Numbered from the stretch's first letter, positions 48,703-59,344 are shown. The stretch is 64,000 nt of DNA from Candidatus Bathyarchaeia archaeon (GCA_050010755.1 JBEKKK010000001.1:1152001-1216000); one strand, 5' to 3'. The notes: generated from the sequence alone by a model not told the origin. Translations and numbers: made by a program.

Positions 48703-49176
48703 ATGTTTAGAGGCAGGGAAGAAATGCGCCAACGGCTGCAAGAGATAATCGAGAGGTTCCGCCAAAAAGGAGCCACAAGCCCGGAGAAAGCTATGACAAT
48801 CCAAGAGCTGGGTCTCCCGCCGCGTTTCGAAGAAGCCATGCACCGAAGACTCGGCCAAACGGGCATCTTTGTTGAAACAAACGGCAAGTACTATCTGAAT
48901 GAAGAACGGCTCAAACAGATCCAAGAACAACGCGCCAAGATGGGATCTGGCGGCTGGAACAGAGGGAGCCCTCCCACGTGGTCCCGCATCATCGCAGTCT
49001 TCCTCATGCTCCCGATTGGCATCATGATCGCGCTTTTGCTGTTTTATTTTGTCGTTTTAAGAGGGGGATTTTTTCTTGGGGAATTCCTAATCATTTTGTT
49101 AATCATATTCCTAGCATTAACTGTCGCCCGGCTGCTGTTCTGGAGATCGAGAAGGAGATATTGGCGTGAACAATAG
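48703..49176 (+). CDS. Putative winged-helix domain with two C-terminal TM helices
   Basis: GATSPEKAMTIQELGL...GKYYL, then hydrophobic helices and RSRRR. Confidence 0.65.
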   Translation: MFRGREEMRQRLQEIIERFRQKGATSPEKAMTIQELGLPPRFEEAMHRRLGQTGIFVETNGKYYLNEERLKQIQEQRAKMGSGGWNRGSPPTWSRIIAVFLMLPIGIMIALLLFYFVVLRGGFFLGEFLIILLIIFLALTVARLLFWRSRRRYWREQ

Positions 49177-49417
49177 AAGGAAGGACCGAGCATCTCGCAT
49201 GATCTCTTAGCTGGTTGGTTAACTGCAGGCGCTGTTTTGATGGCTCATGAGCAAACTTGAGAGCGTCAATTCGGCCGAATAGGGCACCGCTGAGAATCCA
49301 CGCTTAAAGACAAAGGCATATAGATGGCACTTGAACTTACAGCGCAAATAATACGAACAGCAGGTTAATATGAACGCGCAGACCAGACGTTCTTAAGTTA
49401 AGTTAGGGGTAGTTGCT

Positions 49418-49657
49418 ATGAACGAGCTGGACGATGTGCTATCGGTCAAGAAGTTCGTTGAAGATTACCTTGCGAAGTTCTATGAAGAAAAACCTTTGCT
49501 GATTAACTGGGTGAAGATTGTTAAATTGCGCAATATCACGTGGGACTTGTCTATCAGAGTTAAGTTTAAGGACCGCGAATACGGACTGGCCATTTACGTT
49601 GACGCCTTTAGAAAAATGTGCATAGGACATGCAATTACTGGCATAGCAATGCGTTGA
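49418..49657 (+). CDS. Hypothetical protein
   Basis: ATG with upstream ggggt and TATA-like cttaagt; 79 aa. Confidence 0.5.
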   Translation: MNELDDVLSVKKFVEDYLAKFYEEKPLLINWVKIVKLRNITWDLSIRVKFKDREYGLAIYVDAFRKMCIGHAITGIAMR

Positions 49658-49752
49658 TTAGCGCGTGTTTGGCAAACTTGGGGAATTCGAACTCTCGCCA
49701 AGACGCATCCTAGGCAAACTTGGTTTAACAAGGAAGGAGAGTTGCTTCTAGG

Positions 49753-50532
49753 TCACCGCTTGCTCCTGTTTCTCGTTGTGTTCTTGATCGTTTCGAAGAT
49801 AATGGAATGCGGTTTGAGGAGTACTTGTTTTAGGGGTGGGTATTCTGCCAGTCCTTTTTTGGTCGGGGTCGGTTCGAGGAGTCTTCTTATCAGGAGCCCG
49901 TGTCTGTTCAGCGCATCGGAGTAATCTGTGAGAGTTCTGTGGAAGCTTGTGGTTTCGAAAGGACTTAGCAGGCGCTTCATGTCCCATGATACGCATTCAC
50001 TTCTGGTTTCGAAGTATCTCGGAGTTATTTCTGCTTCTGTTTTTCCGTTTTTCGTGTTGTACTCAAAGCAGGGGTGCGTGATTGAGAAAACAAAGCGGCC
50101 TTCGTCTTTGATTACCCGAGAAATTTCACCTATTGCCTTATCGTAATGTTCGATGTCCATCATAGCCATAAAACACGTGGCCAAATCAAAACGGTTAGCA
50201 GGGAACATTGTGAGGACGGCAGAATCTGTGACATAATAGTTTATGCCGAGTTTATCTTTTCGTTCCTGCGATTGTGCATAATCAATCAGTTTCTTTGACA
50301 GGTCTATGCCGATCACTTTTGCGCCTTTCCGCGCTAGCATTCTGGTGCTGTATCCTTCTCCGCAGGCAACGTCTAGGACAAGTTGACCCCTCACGTTTCC
50401 GATAATTTTGAACATTCCTGGATTGTTAAGTTCGTCTCTGAAGTAATCCTTGCCCTGCCTCACGAAGTCGACCCAAGACTCCGCGGCATCATCCCATTCT
50501 TTGGCTACACCATTCCCATTTGTCACGTGCAA
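49753..50532 (-). CDS. Class I SAM-dependent methyltransferase
   Basis: VLDVACGEG, GIDLS, THPCF, FHRTL. Confidence 0.9.
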   Translation of the reverse strand: MHVTNGNGVAKEWDDAAESWVDFVRQGKDYFRDELNNPGMFKIIGNVRGQLVLDVACGEGYSTRMLARKGAKVIGIDLSKKLIDYAQSQERKDKLGINYYVTDSAVLTMFPANRFDLATCFMAMMDIEHYDKAIGEISRVIKDEGRFVFSITHPCFEYNTKNGKTEAEITPRYFETRSECVSWDMKRLLSPFETTSFHRTLTDYSDALNRHGLLIRRLLEPTPTKKGLAEYPPLKQVLLKPHSIIFETIKNTTRNRSKR

Positions 50533-50778
50533 TACCTCAGTTGGTCAAATCATTACAGTGATTTTCTGTCCTTCATATATCTAATCCCAAGAGACAGTTA
50601 TTCAATGCCAATTTTATCGCCAAGTGTACTCCAGGTCTAAAATCTGTGCTCAGCTTTTTGTTTCACTTGGCACGCACATTCTCTGCCGTCTAGATTTTTC
50701 CATAAAAAGGTGCAAACCCAAAACTCTGAGACAAAAAGTTTAAGCTACAGACTTCAAATAAGATATGCCGTGTTGCAT

Positions 50779-51336
50779 ATGAAACCCGTTGAGTCTAGTC
50801 TGATCGCTGAGCTCATGAAGAACTGTCGCAGGAGTGACAGAGAACTGGCAAAGGCATTAGGAGTTTCGCAGCCCACGGTCAGCAGGTTAATAAACAGACT
50901 TCAGAAAGATGGCATAATCAAAGAATACACCATGGTACCTGACTTCTGCAAACTAGGTTTCAATCTGATGGCAATCATCATGTTTAAACTTAAAGCTAAT
51001 TCTCCCGAGGAACTTCAGGAGCAAATCAAAGCAGCGCGTGAACTGGACATCAAAGAACGTCGCCCCTTCCTCACAGTTATGAATGGGATTGGTCTGGGGA
51101 AGGATCTTGTGGTTATCTCTTTCCACAGGGACTACGGAGACTATGCCGCTTACATGAAGGACATAAAGGAAGCTGCCAGTTCCGAGATGAAGGCCTACAT
51201 GGACTCTCAGGGTATCGAAAGTTTTCTTGTGGACTTGAATTACAAGAATCACTATCAACCTTTAACACTCTCAAGGATAGCCGCCCATCTTCAAACAAAG
51301 GAAAACAAAGAAAGAATAAGTGCCACCAACTCGTAA
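50779..51336 (+). CDS. Lrp/AsnC-family transcriptional regulator
   Basis: NCRRSDRELAKALGVSQPTVSR...GIIKEYT..PD. Confidence 0.88.
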   Translation: MKPVESSLIAELMKNCRRSDRELAKALGVSQPTVSRLINRLQKDGIIKEYTMVPDFCKLGFNLMAIIMFKLKANSPEELQEQIKAARELDIKERRPFLTVMNGIGLGKDLVVISFHRDYGDYAAYMKDIKEAASSEMKAYMDSQGIESFLVDLNYKNHYQPLTLSRIAAHLQTKENKERISATNS

Positions 51337-51351
51337 TTTCGCGCGCTTGTG

Positions 51352-52518
51352 TTAGCTCAATTTTTTGAATATCCAGTCCATTATTGTTTCAAAAGTGTCC
51401 TTGGTGAACCCCATATGGCCAGTTTCATAGAATCTAGCGCACTTTGGACTACCATGTTCGAACAGCAAGTAATAATCTGTTATTGGGAACACCGAATCAT
51501 GTATTCCGTTCACCAGCAACAGGGGCGCGCTTGGTTTATCTAAGATGCCCTGCTTCAGTAGGGAGAGCTTTGGCGCATATTCTACCCACTCCTCATAGCT
51601 CGATAATCCGAATGCGTAAGCGATAGTCTCAAAGAATTCGAAAGGATACTCTCCTCTCTCTTGCTTATGAATCCAGTCGAGTTGGAACGCATAGTGCACA
51701 GGTCCGCCCTGACTTACGGCGCAGGCTATCTTGTCCTTGTAGACATGGGCCACCTTAACTGCCCAATAACCCCCGGTGCTATAACCCCAGACTCCGACTC
51801 TGTTAGAGTTCAAAGTTTTTTGCGTAGCAACCCAATCGAATACGGCTCCAAACAATCTCTCTGCGTTCTCAGAGCCTTTGAGTGGAGAATCGCCGACTCC
51901 AGGTCCGTCAATCGCCAGAGTTGCCAAGCCGCGCTCTAAAGCAGGGTTGTTCAACTGTTCTTCCTTAAAACCGTCAATTCCTCCCCAGCTTAGTAGCAAG
52001 GGAAAAGGAGCGGAACCTTTCTTGGGCAGCCTCAAATAGGCAATAATACTTTTTCCTTCGTTGGCTTTTCCTTTGAAGGGGATTTCCAGCCGCTGTATTG
52101 GGATGTCAAAATATCGCGATGCCTTAAAGAGCATTTCCTGTGCCTTCCTGTATGCTTGTCTCTTGCCATCCGAGTTTATTGTTGGATATCGTGCGAGTGT
52201 GTAATACTGATATGCTCGAAGATAGTTTTCTTTGGCGCTTTGTGTATCGCCTGCTTTTTCTGTTTGGGATGCTTTGACTTCATACGGCTTGGCTATGGAA
52301 CTAAAAGCCGCGGCCCAGGTGTCTCTATCATAGGAATTCAGACTCGTCATTACCCGTTCTACATCGTCGTACAGGGAATAGGTAAACGGATAGATCCGCA
52401 TTTTTACCCGCGGTTTCCACATTTCCCATAATTCGTTTATAGGACGAACATATCTTTTTGATTTATCGCCACTTGATTTTTCGCCATCTTCCCCAGAATG
52501 CGCTATCATATCAATCAA
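51352..52518 (-). CDS. Alpha/beta hydrolase (FrsA-like)
   Basis: GGIDG.KE, DGPGVG, GYSTGG, HD, GHMG. Confidence 0.88.
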   Translation of the reverse strand: MIDMIAHSGEDGEKSSGDKSKRYVRPINELWEMWKPRVKMRIYPFTYSLYDDVERVMTSLNSYDRDTWAAAFSSIAKPYEVKASQTEKAGDTQSAKENYLRAYQYYTLARYPTINSDGKRQAYRKAQEMLFKASRYFDIPIQRLEIPFKGKANEGKSIIAYLRLPKKGSAPFPLLLSWGGIDGFKEEQLNNPALERGLATLAIDGPGVGDSPLKGSENAERLFGAVFDWVATQKTLNSNRVGVWGYSTGGYWAVKVAHVYKDKIACAVSQGGPVHYAFQLDWIHKQERGEYPFEFFETIAYAFGLSSYEEWVEYAPKLSLLKQGILDKPSAPLLLVNGIHDSVFPITDYYLLFEHGSPKCARFYETGHMGFTKDTFETIMDWIFKKLS

Positions 52519-52655
52519 ATCCTTTATGTTTGCAATCCTGCAATATTAAATTTGGCCAGCACGTCGCAATGAAATCCTCTAAGTGACACAAAGTCGAATC
52601 CCCACAGCAACAAAGCTTTGAATTGAAACTGGCTACTCAAAGCTACCGCAAGAGT

Positions 52656-53567
52656 TCAAAAATGGTCCAATGAGCTCATGAAGAATCTGTCGCCATATGC
52701 CTCGCTGAACGGTGTGCCCGTCAATTCCTTCACCATCATTACGCCATGCCCAGCCTTGAGGACCGAGTACTCATGCATCCTGTAAACCTGCTGCAGATTG
52801 GGATCCAAGACGGCCCTGGCGTAGATCAGGCTCTCCGCCCTGTTTTCGATCAGTCCGATCAGCCTGTGCATTTCTTTTTCATTGTGAGCTGCCAGCTCTC
52901 TTATTCTGACATGCTTCTTCTCTTTCTTGAATATGACGTAACCTCTGTCAGTTATGATGCATTCTCGTGCCGATATTCCAAGAGTTCTGGATAGCATCTT
53001 CATGTACGCTTCGTCCCTGACCACAAGACCCGTCTTATCCTTCACATACTTCCCGTAGATCCCAAGCATTCTCCTGAAATCCAGCCGGGTTCCGTCCTGA
53101 ATCTTCTTGACTCTTTTCTTCTTCACTGTTACCTTGTATGCTCCTGGAAAAGATGCAACGTCAAAATAACCCAGCTTCTTGTACAAGTCGTAAGCCACAA
53201 GTGTGGGGCTCGTTGTGAGGAAGGAAAAACGATAATGCTTTTCGATAAGATATTCGTGAGCACGATCGATGAGCATTCGGCATATCCCTTGTCTTGTGTG
53301 ACCCGGCAGGGTTGCCACGCCGTAGATTCCGCCTGCCTTTTCCACTGTTCTTTCAAGAGTTCTGGTGGCCAAATCCATGATGCCAACGAAACCTATCACC
53401 CTTCCAGCTTCAACAGCACAAAGACCTACGCAACTCTCTCTCAGTCTTGAATCGATCCTAATGTTTCTATCAAATTCTTGGGCGTCAAACGGCCATCCGA
53501 AAGCCTGTTCCATCAAAGGAAGCAAGCTGTCTTTGTCTTTGAGTTCGTGATAAGCCAGAATTTTCAT
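52656..53567 (-). CDS. GNAT acetyltransferase (Eis-like)
   Basis: VATLPGHTRQGIC, YDLYKKLGY; likely start at MRMKIL/MKIL. Confidence 0.85.
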   Translation of the reverse strand: MKILAYHELKDKDSLLPLMEQAFGWPFDAQEFDRNIRIDSRLRESCVGLCAVEAGRVIGFVGIMDLATRTLERTVEKAGGIYGVATLPGHTRQGICRMLIDRAHEYLIEKHYRFSFLTTSPTLVAYDLYKKLGYFDVASFPGAYKVTVKKKRVKKIQDGTRLDFRRMLGIYGKYVKDKTGLVVRDEAYMKMLSRTLGISARECIITDRGYVIFKKEKKHVRIRELAAHNEKEMHRLIGLIENRAESLIYARAVLDPNLQQVYRMHEYSVLKAGHGVMMVKELTGTPFSEAYGDRFFMSSLDHF

Positions 53568-53864
53568 TCTCGTCTCGCCAATCCCGGATGAAAAAACGAA
53601 GCTGCAACAAATAAACCTTCTAGCATGCAAGTTACTTGCGCCGCTTCAAAAGCAACTGGAGTGAGTAAATGCTATTTAATAGACAAAATCTAAGAGTCGT
53701 TCGCGATACTTACCGGCTTAGGTATCATCATGTATTGATAAACCGCAATCCATAGTGATTGGCAAAAGACTTGTGAGACTCAATGTTTTGCGGGCTTACG
53801 CCAAGCACTTCTGCGCGTAGACTGGTGAAACATTATGGCTGCAAGTTTTCAACTGCTCTCTATC

Positions 53865-55064
53865 TTACCTTGTCATCATTCTTCTGAAAACGGGTACGGC
53901 TATTGCTGTCATGATCACTCCGAACACTATCATTACGGTGAGTTCAGTTGTTATGTCGGGTATTCCTGCGCCTAGAACCATGACTTTTCTGAGGGCTTGC
54001 GAGGCGTAGGTGAGGGGAAGTACTTTTGAGATGTCTTGCATGTACCAGGGCATTTGCTGTATCGGGAAGAACACTCCGCTGAGAAACATCATGGGAAACA
54101 TGAGGGTCATCATCATCATCTGTGCCGTCTCCTGGTCTTTTGCGAAGGACGTTATCACGATGCCGAGGCCGACGAAGCTGAACACGCCCAGCAGGAGCAG
54201 TCCGAAAACCAGCAAGATGCTTCCTTGAATTGCCACATGAAACAGGGCCGTAGCCAACACCAGAATAATGGTTCCCTGGAGCAGGCCTCTGGCAGTCTGA
54301 GCTAGGGTTTTCCCAAGTATTATGGACAGCCTATTGATGGGTGCAACCATCATTCCGTCTAAAGTGCCGATTTCCTTCTCTTGGGAGATGGCTACAGGGA
54401 GCCCAGTCATTACGCTCATCATAACTGTCATGGCCATTATTCCTGGCGCGATGAAATCAAAGTACGTGGGGGTTCCGGACACCACTCCCACTGTTTGAAC
54501 ATTGTAGGGCTTGACGACCGCTAATGTATTGTTCCTCTGTGTGGTCGTTAGGTTTAGCCCTTGAATGTTATTTTGAGCTAACATCGTTCCCATTAGATCA
54601 AATACGCCTGACAATGCTGCCTGAATGGTTGCTGAAACTTGGGGATTAGATTGGTCGGTCACGATGATAATAGTTCCCTGCTCTCCGCTCAGGATGCTTT
54701 CAGTGAAGTTGCTGGGGATGACTATTCCACCCTCGACGTTCCCCTTCTGAACCAAGTTCTTAATGTCGGCAGCGTTCGTGGCATTGGTAATAGTAAGCAT
54801 ACTTGTATTGCTGTTGATTCCTTGCAAAGCCGCGAGAAAAGTCTGGCTTCCGAAAGTAGTACCGTGATAAGGTGCATCTTCATTGGCCAATGCGACAGGA
54901 ACGTTACTTAGGGTACTGTTGGATGGGTAGATGAAGCCAACCATTACCATCATGAACAGAGGCATCAGAATAAGCAGGACTAGTCCCAAACGGTTCCGAA
55001 ACAGCTCCGTCAAGTCTTTCCAAGCGATTCTTAAACTATGCGAAGCTAGAGTTTTTGCTCCCAT
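53865..55064 (-). CDS. ABC-2 type exporter permease
   Basis: EKEIGTL, APINR..I.LGK, FLSGVFFP, PLTY. Confidence 0.93.
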   Translation of the reverse strand: MGAKTLASHSLRIAWKDLTELFRNRLGLVLLILMPLFMMVMVGFIYPSNSTLSNVPVALANEDAPYHGTTFGSQTFLAALQGINSNTSMLTITNATNAADIKNLVQKGNVEGGIVIPSNFTESILSGEQGTIIIVTDQSNPQVSATIQAALSGVFDLMGTMLAQNNIQGLNLTTTQRNNTLAVVKPYNVQTVGVVSGTPTYFDFIAPGIMAMTVMMSVMTGLPVAISQEKEIGTLDGMMVAPINRLSIILGKTLAQTARGLLQGTIILVLATALFHVAIQGSILLVFGLLLLGVFSFVGLGIVITSFAKDQETAQMMMMTLMFPMMFLSGVFFPIQQMPWYMQDISKVLPLTYASQALRKVMVLGAGIPDITTELTVMIVFGVIMTAIAVPVFRRMMTR

Positions 55065-55071
55065 GTTTTTC

Positions 55072-56091
55072 TCACCTTACCCTGCCTTGTGCGGCCGCTC
55101 CGAACCGTCGATGACCCATCGGTATCTTCTGGTCTGCGCTATCTCTCACTTCGTGGCCAGTTATGTGCAGGAACACATCCTCAAGCGTAGGCTGAAGATT
55201 TTCCATAGAGATCACCTTTCCTTGTTTCGCCCTCACAGCGTCAATTACCGAGTCGAACGCCTCTTCGCCATGTACAATGACTCTCAGATGAGTAGAATTC
55301 TCTTGAGAAACGGCATCTGTGCACTGGCACGCCCGAATTGCCTCGATAATGTCGGCCGATAAATTTCCGATCTCCAGCTTCAATATTGTTGTATCCGCTC
55401 CAGAAATCATTTTTTTCAAATTCGTTGATGTGTCAAGTGCAACAATTTTGGCATGGTCCATGATGCCGATGCGGTCGCACAACAAGTCAGCATCAACCAT
55501 CATGTGTGTTGTTATGATGATTGTGGTGTTATTCTCCCTGTTGAGTTTCTTTATGAACTCCCTGATTTCAACAGACGACTGAGGATCCAAACCTAGAGTT
55601 GGCTCATCCAGGAATAGCACTTGAGGCATGTTAAGCAGCGCGCGTATCACGTTCATTCTCTGTCGCATGCCAGTGGAAAACGTACCGGCTTGAGCGTTCT
55701 TCCATTTGGTAAGTTGAACCAGCTCCAGCAGATCGTCAATTCTCTTATTCAAAACATCTTTGGGAATGTTGAAGAGATTTCCGAAGAAAATCAAGTTTTC
55801 TTTGGCCGTCAACCTGTTGTACAGTATCATCTTTTCGGAAACGATGCCAATTAGTTTCCGCACTTCTGTATCGTCCTTTACTATGTCGTGGCCGCCAATA
55901 GTGGCAGTTCCCTTAGTCGGCCGCGCCAACGTGGAGAGCATGCGTAAGGTTGTGCTCTTGCCCGCTCCGTTAGGACCAAGCAGACCGAAAATCTCGCCTT
56001 TTTTCACATCAAACGAGATGCTGTCAACCGCCACGAAATCGCCGAAGGACTTCGTCAGGTTTTCAACATCGATTACTGCCTCATTTTCCAA
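55072..56091 (-). CDS. ABC exporter ATP-binding subunit
   Basis: GPNGAGKST, FSTGM, LDEPT, TTH, PTLEDVF; start TTG 56091 inferred. Confidence 0.95.
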   Translation of the reverse strand: MENEAVIDVENLTKSFGDFVAVDSISFDVKKGEIFGLLGPNGAGKSTTLRMLSTLARPTKGTATIGGHDIVKDDTEVRKLIGIVSEKMILYNRLTAKENLIFFGNLFNIPKDVLNKRIDDLLELVQLTKWKNAQAGTFSTGMRQRMNVIRALLNMPQVLFLDEPTLGLDPQSSVEIREFIKKLNRENNTTIIITTHMMVDADLLCDRIGIMDHAKIVALDTSTNLKKMISGADTTILKLEIGNLSADIIEAIRACQCTDAVSQENSTHLRVIVHGEEAFDSVIDAVRAKQGKVISMENLQPTLEDVFLHITGHEVRDSADQKIPMGHRRFGAAAQGRVR

Positions 56092-56109
56092 GAGACCATC
56101 ACCATGCAA

Positions 56110-56175
56110 TATTGTTCAGTGCAATACATCACAGTAAAATATAAATATTCCGATAATGTTCAAACGGGACAGATG
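56110..56175. promoter_or_regulatory. Divergent promoter/operator segment, duplicated at 57831-57901
   Basis: tattgttcagtgcaatacatcacagtaaaatataaatattccgataatgttcaaacgggacagatg versus tattattcattgcaatacatctgagcaaaatataaatattccgtcgataatgttaacacgacggacaaatg. Confidence 0.7.
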
Positions 56176-56261
56176 AACTTGAATTGCAGTGTCAAGAAGA
56201 AACAACTGCCGCATACTGGCCAATGGAAACGCAAAAGCGCTATATACACATTGTCCTGCTG
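56173..56261 (+). pseudogene. 5' remnant of padR
   Basis: EETTAAYWPMETQKRYIHIVLL versus PadR EETTTANWVKEAQKGYIRVAAL. Confidence 0.65.
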
Positions 56262-56315
56262 CAAGCGCCATTTGATTCTTCTCGGCAAGAAGTTGAGCAT
56301 TGGCTGGTGAATTAA

Positions 56316-57416
56316 GTGTCGGCGCTTTCAGGCTCAGACCCTATCAGTACGATATTGAGTCTTGTTTCCGTCGGATTTTTCGTTGTTTTTATGTTCTTCT
56401 CCCAGAAGATACAGGCTCTGCTGATGAATCGCCAGGTATCCCAGGCCTTGACAAAACTCAAGGACATGAGGGACAAGGCCAAAGAAGCGATTAGCAAGGC
56501 AATCATAGAGGTCGGTAAGCCGGCGAAGGATCCAATGCCGAGGTTGGAGAGGCTTCTTCAGTTTTTCACAATTCCGCCTGAGGGCATGGATCCTGCTGGA
56601 GTTGTTCAACGGTTGGAACACTTGTTTGATACTGCTGATTCAAGAATCAGGGATGAGATTAAGGCAATCGCCCCCAATGCCGATGAGAGTCAATTGATGA
56701 ATCTGCAAAATCTGTTGGAAGCAGCGCAAGTCTTGAACACGCTTTATCGCGTCGTTAGGCATTATTACTTGTCGGGCAAAAAGGACGGAACCCTGTATTC
56801 GACAGTGCAGGTCCAGATGCAACTGCCCACGATCATGGAGGAGGCTGAAGCCTACCTCTCCTTCTTAGATGCTTTCAACCTGAGCAAGCCGATTGGAGAC
56901 GGAGTAGGAGCGCTGACCGCATCAAAACTCATGATTGGACAAGAGAGGCGCGAAATTGCCAAGGAAATGGTTGTTGCCGAAACAACAATCGAGGGCAGAA
57001 GAGTGTTGGCCACTAAGGCCAAAGGCCCAGGCGGCGCGGTTGGTAAGGTTGGAGATGCTGTTAGCAGCCTGATCGAAGCTAACATTGGAAAAGTCAGGCT
57101 CGTCGTGATGGTCGATGCCGGGCTCAAGCTGGAGGGCGAGGATAGTGGTGAGGTTGCCGAAGGCATAGGCGCAGCGATAGGCGGAATCGGCGTTGACAAG
57201 TACAAGATTGAAGAAGCTGCCACCAAGCACAAGATTCCAGTATACGCCGTCATCATTAAGGAATCGTTAAAAGAAGTGTTGGCGCCGATGAGTGAGCCGC
57301 TACGCGAAGCGGTTGACAAAGCAATCGTCAGACTCAAAGCGGTCTTGCAGGAGCAGACGAAGGAAGGAGACACTGCAATAGTCGTAGGAGTAGGCAACAC
57401 ATTAGGCATCGAGTAA
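56316..57416 (+). CDS. DUF1512 family protein
   Basis: N-terminal TM, PIGDGVG, KAKGPG, VDAGLKLEGE, GVGNTLGI. Confidence 0.85.
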   Translation: MSALSGSDPISTILSLVSVGFFVVFMFFSQKIQALLMNRQVSQALTKLKDMRDKAKEAISKAIIEVGKPAKDPMPRLERLLQFFTIPPEGMDPAGVVQRLEHLFDTADSRIRDEIKAIAPNADESQLMNLQNLLEAAQVLNTLYRVVRHYYLSGKKDGTLYSTVQVQMQLPTIMEEAEAYLSFLDAFNLSKPIGDGVGALTASKLMIGQERREIAKEMVVAETTIEGRRVLATKAKGPGGAVGKVGDAVSSLIEANIGKVRLVVMVDAGLKLEGEDSGEVAEGIGAAIGGIGVDKYKIEEAATKHKIPVYAVIIKESLKEVLAPMSEPLREAVDKAIVRLKAVLQEQTKEGDTAIVVGVGNTLGIE

Positions 57417-57548
57417 CCCATTCGTACCGCAACACGACACAAGCGCACACCAATCCAGCATAATGTCAGACCAAACTCACAGACGGTGTCGAATTCGACA
57501 CACGCCAGAGATTCAAATTCCCACTATTTTTCGGAAAACGCGTGCAAA

Positions 57549-57627
57549 CCAACATGGAAAACTTACACTGCAACATTACATTGCAACATTACATCTGATG
57601 TAAAGAAAAAAAAGGGAGGGGGCCGAC
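57549..57627 (+). repeat. Dispersed intergenic repeat, copy B
   Basis: Aligns with 3160-3238 (-); contains gcaacattacat twice and the palindrome ttacatc-t-gatgtaa. Confidence 0.8.
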
Positions 57628-57734
57628 ACCTTCCGAGTCACCGCTTTCTCTCGAACCGCCTGCGCGTCCAAATTCCTGAAATATCACAGATTTTAACGAG
57701 ACCCTTGGCAAAACTATTACACCTCTATCGTTGG

Positions 57735-57794
57735 CTGTCACTCGCAGAACATTTTCGTCAGGTTCATAACCTCTATTCTTGCCTCATTCTCCAA
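57735..57794 (-). pseudogene. 5' remnant of the ABC ATPase gene
   Basis: MENEARIEVMNLTKMFCE* versus intact MENEAVIDVENLTKSFGD. Confidence 0.65.
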
Positions 57795-57898
57795 AAAAGA
57801 ACCGCTTTCGCCCAATTATTATCCACTGCTTATTATTCATTGCAATACATCTGAGCAAAATATAAATATTCCGTCGATAATGTTAACACGACGGACAA

Positions 57899-58471
57899 AT
57901 GGACATCCACGACGAAGAGACAACAACAGCAAATTGGGTGAAAGAAGCCCAAAAAGGCTACATACGCGTAGCAGCGCTCATCATTCTGAACAAAAATCCG
58001 GCCCACGGCTACGAAATCATGAAAGAAATCAAAGACAAGACCAAAGGTTTTTGGAAACCGACCGCAGGCGGGGTCTACCCTATTCTTCGAGACCTTGAAA
58101 AAGCAGAATACATCAAAGGAGAATGGTCGACCCAAAAAAACAGAAAAATAAAGGTCTACAAGATCACAGAAACAGGCGAAGCCATCCTCAAACGTGCAAT
58201 TACCAAACAAAGTGAACTCGCAGACAACATGAACGCCATGTTCCAAGAATTTGCCAGAGACGTCTTGAACATGCAGCCAAAAACGTTGCCAATGCCCGTT
58301 TTACCCACCCCCTTCTCAGCCTTCCTTGAGGATAAAAACCAAGAATCTGAAAACAACAAAAAGGTCTTACAACGAAAACGCTCCCATCTAAAAGCCGCAA
58401 TCAAGATGCTGCAGAAGGAACTCCAAACAACAAACAAAAAACTAGCCAAACACCAACACCGAGCACCTTGA
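57899..58471 (+). CDS. PadR-family transcriptional regulator
   Basis: HGYEIMK, GGVYPILRDLE, KVYKITETG. Confidence 0.93.
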   Translation: MDIHDEETTTANWVKEAQKGYIRVAALIILNKNPAHGYEIMKEIKDKTKGFWKPTAGGVYPILRDLEKAEYIKGEWSTQKNRKIKVYKITETGEAILKRAITKQSELADNMNAMFQEFARDVLNMQPKTLPMPVLPTPFSAFLEDKNQESENNKKVLQRKRSHLKAAIKMLQKELQTTNKKLAKHQHRAP

Positions 58472-58636
58472 AATAATCTTGGTTGGATGTATTTCACTAA
58501 CGTTTATTGGCGTTGTCCGTGCCAGAGCGGGCTGACAAATAGGAAAGGACTTCGACTTGCATAAGTGCGCTAGCGCGCGCAGACCACAGGAATACTGTTG
58601 AACTCCAGATGTTGATTTTGTAATCACGCCAGAATG

Positions 58637-59344
58637 TTATCCAAGGAGTTTCAGGAAGTCTTCCTGGATGTAGTTTATGAATTCTAGAGCGGTGCTTTTG
58701 CTGAAGAGTGTCACGACGCAGTTCCTTGTGATGCCGACCATGATTCCACGCTTCTGACTTTCGAAGACGACGTACCAGATTTTTCCGTGCTCAATATAGT
58801 CATGGTACAGTTTAGTGTCAACAAGGTCCGACCCTGCTAAGCACAGCTTTTCGACTCCAGGAATGTCAACTTCATCGAACCATATCAGCTTCGTCGCCTG
58901 CGGGTTTGACTCATGAAGCTGCTTCAGAGTCTCATGCGTTAACCTCGCCTCCAGAATCCCCTGACGGTTAATGAACAGCACTTGGCTGAGCTTGTTAGCA
59001 ACGTAGTTTGTCAGAAGTTTCTTAACCCCGCGAGCCACAGACGGTGAAGAGACCACCAGGAACGTCTTCTTCTTGGAGGATATTATCCAAAAGGGGGCTT
59101 CCTCCGTAGCGGGAGCTTCAACCAAACTTCGCCGAAAGAATCGTCTGCGCATGAAATCCCTGCTGAAGACTCCTTCAACGAAGCCCTCCTTGGACTTCAA
59201 GTCCAATATTTCCGTCACTAGACTCACGCTTTCACCCTTCTCAGTCTTGCAAGATTCTTCCTCACGGAAATCTTTGAGCTTCCACAACATCAATCCAGGA
59301 TCAACTTTCTCCTTAATCTCAAAAATCTTAGCAGGCAGAACCAA
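58637..59344 (-). CDS. Conserved archaeal hypothetical protein
   Basis: Clean 235-aa ORF divergent from the r-protein operon. Confidence 0.75.
   Translation of the reverse strand: MVLPAKIFEIKEKVDPGLMLWKLKDFREEESCKTEKGESVSLVTEILDLKSKEGFVEGVFSRDFMRRRFFRRSLVEAPATEEAPFWIISSKKKTFLVVSSPSVARGVKKLLTNYVANKLSQVLFINRQGILEARLTHETLKQLHESNPQATKLIWFDEVDIPGVEKLCLAGSDLVDTKLYHDYIEHGKIWYVVFESQKRGIMVGITRNCVVTLFSKSTALEFINYIQEDFLKLLG

Noticed and set aside
49661-49725. tRNA-like fragment or att site (gttcgaat) with a repeated ggcaaacttgg
   Set aside because: The T-stem does not pair properly and there is no integrase.
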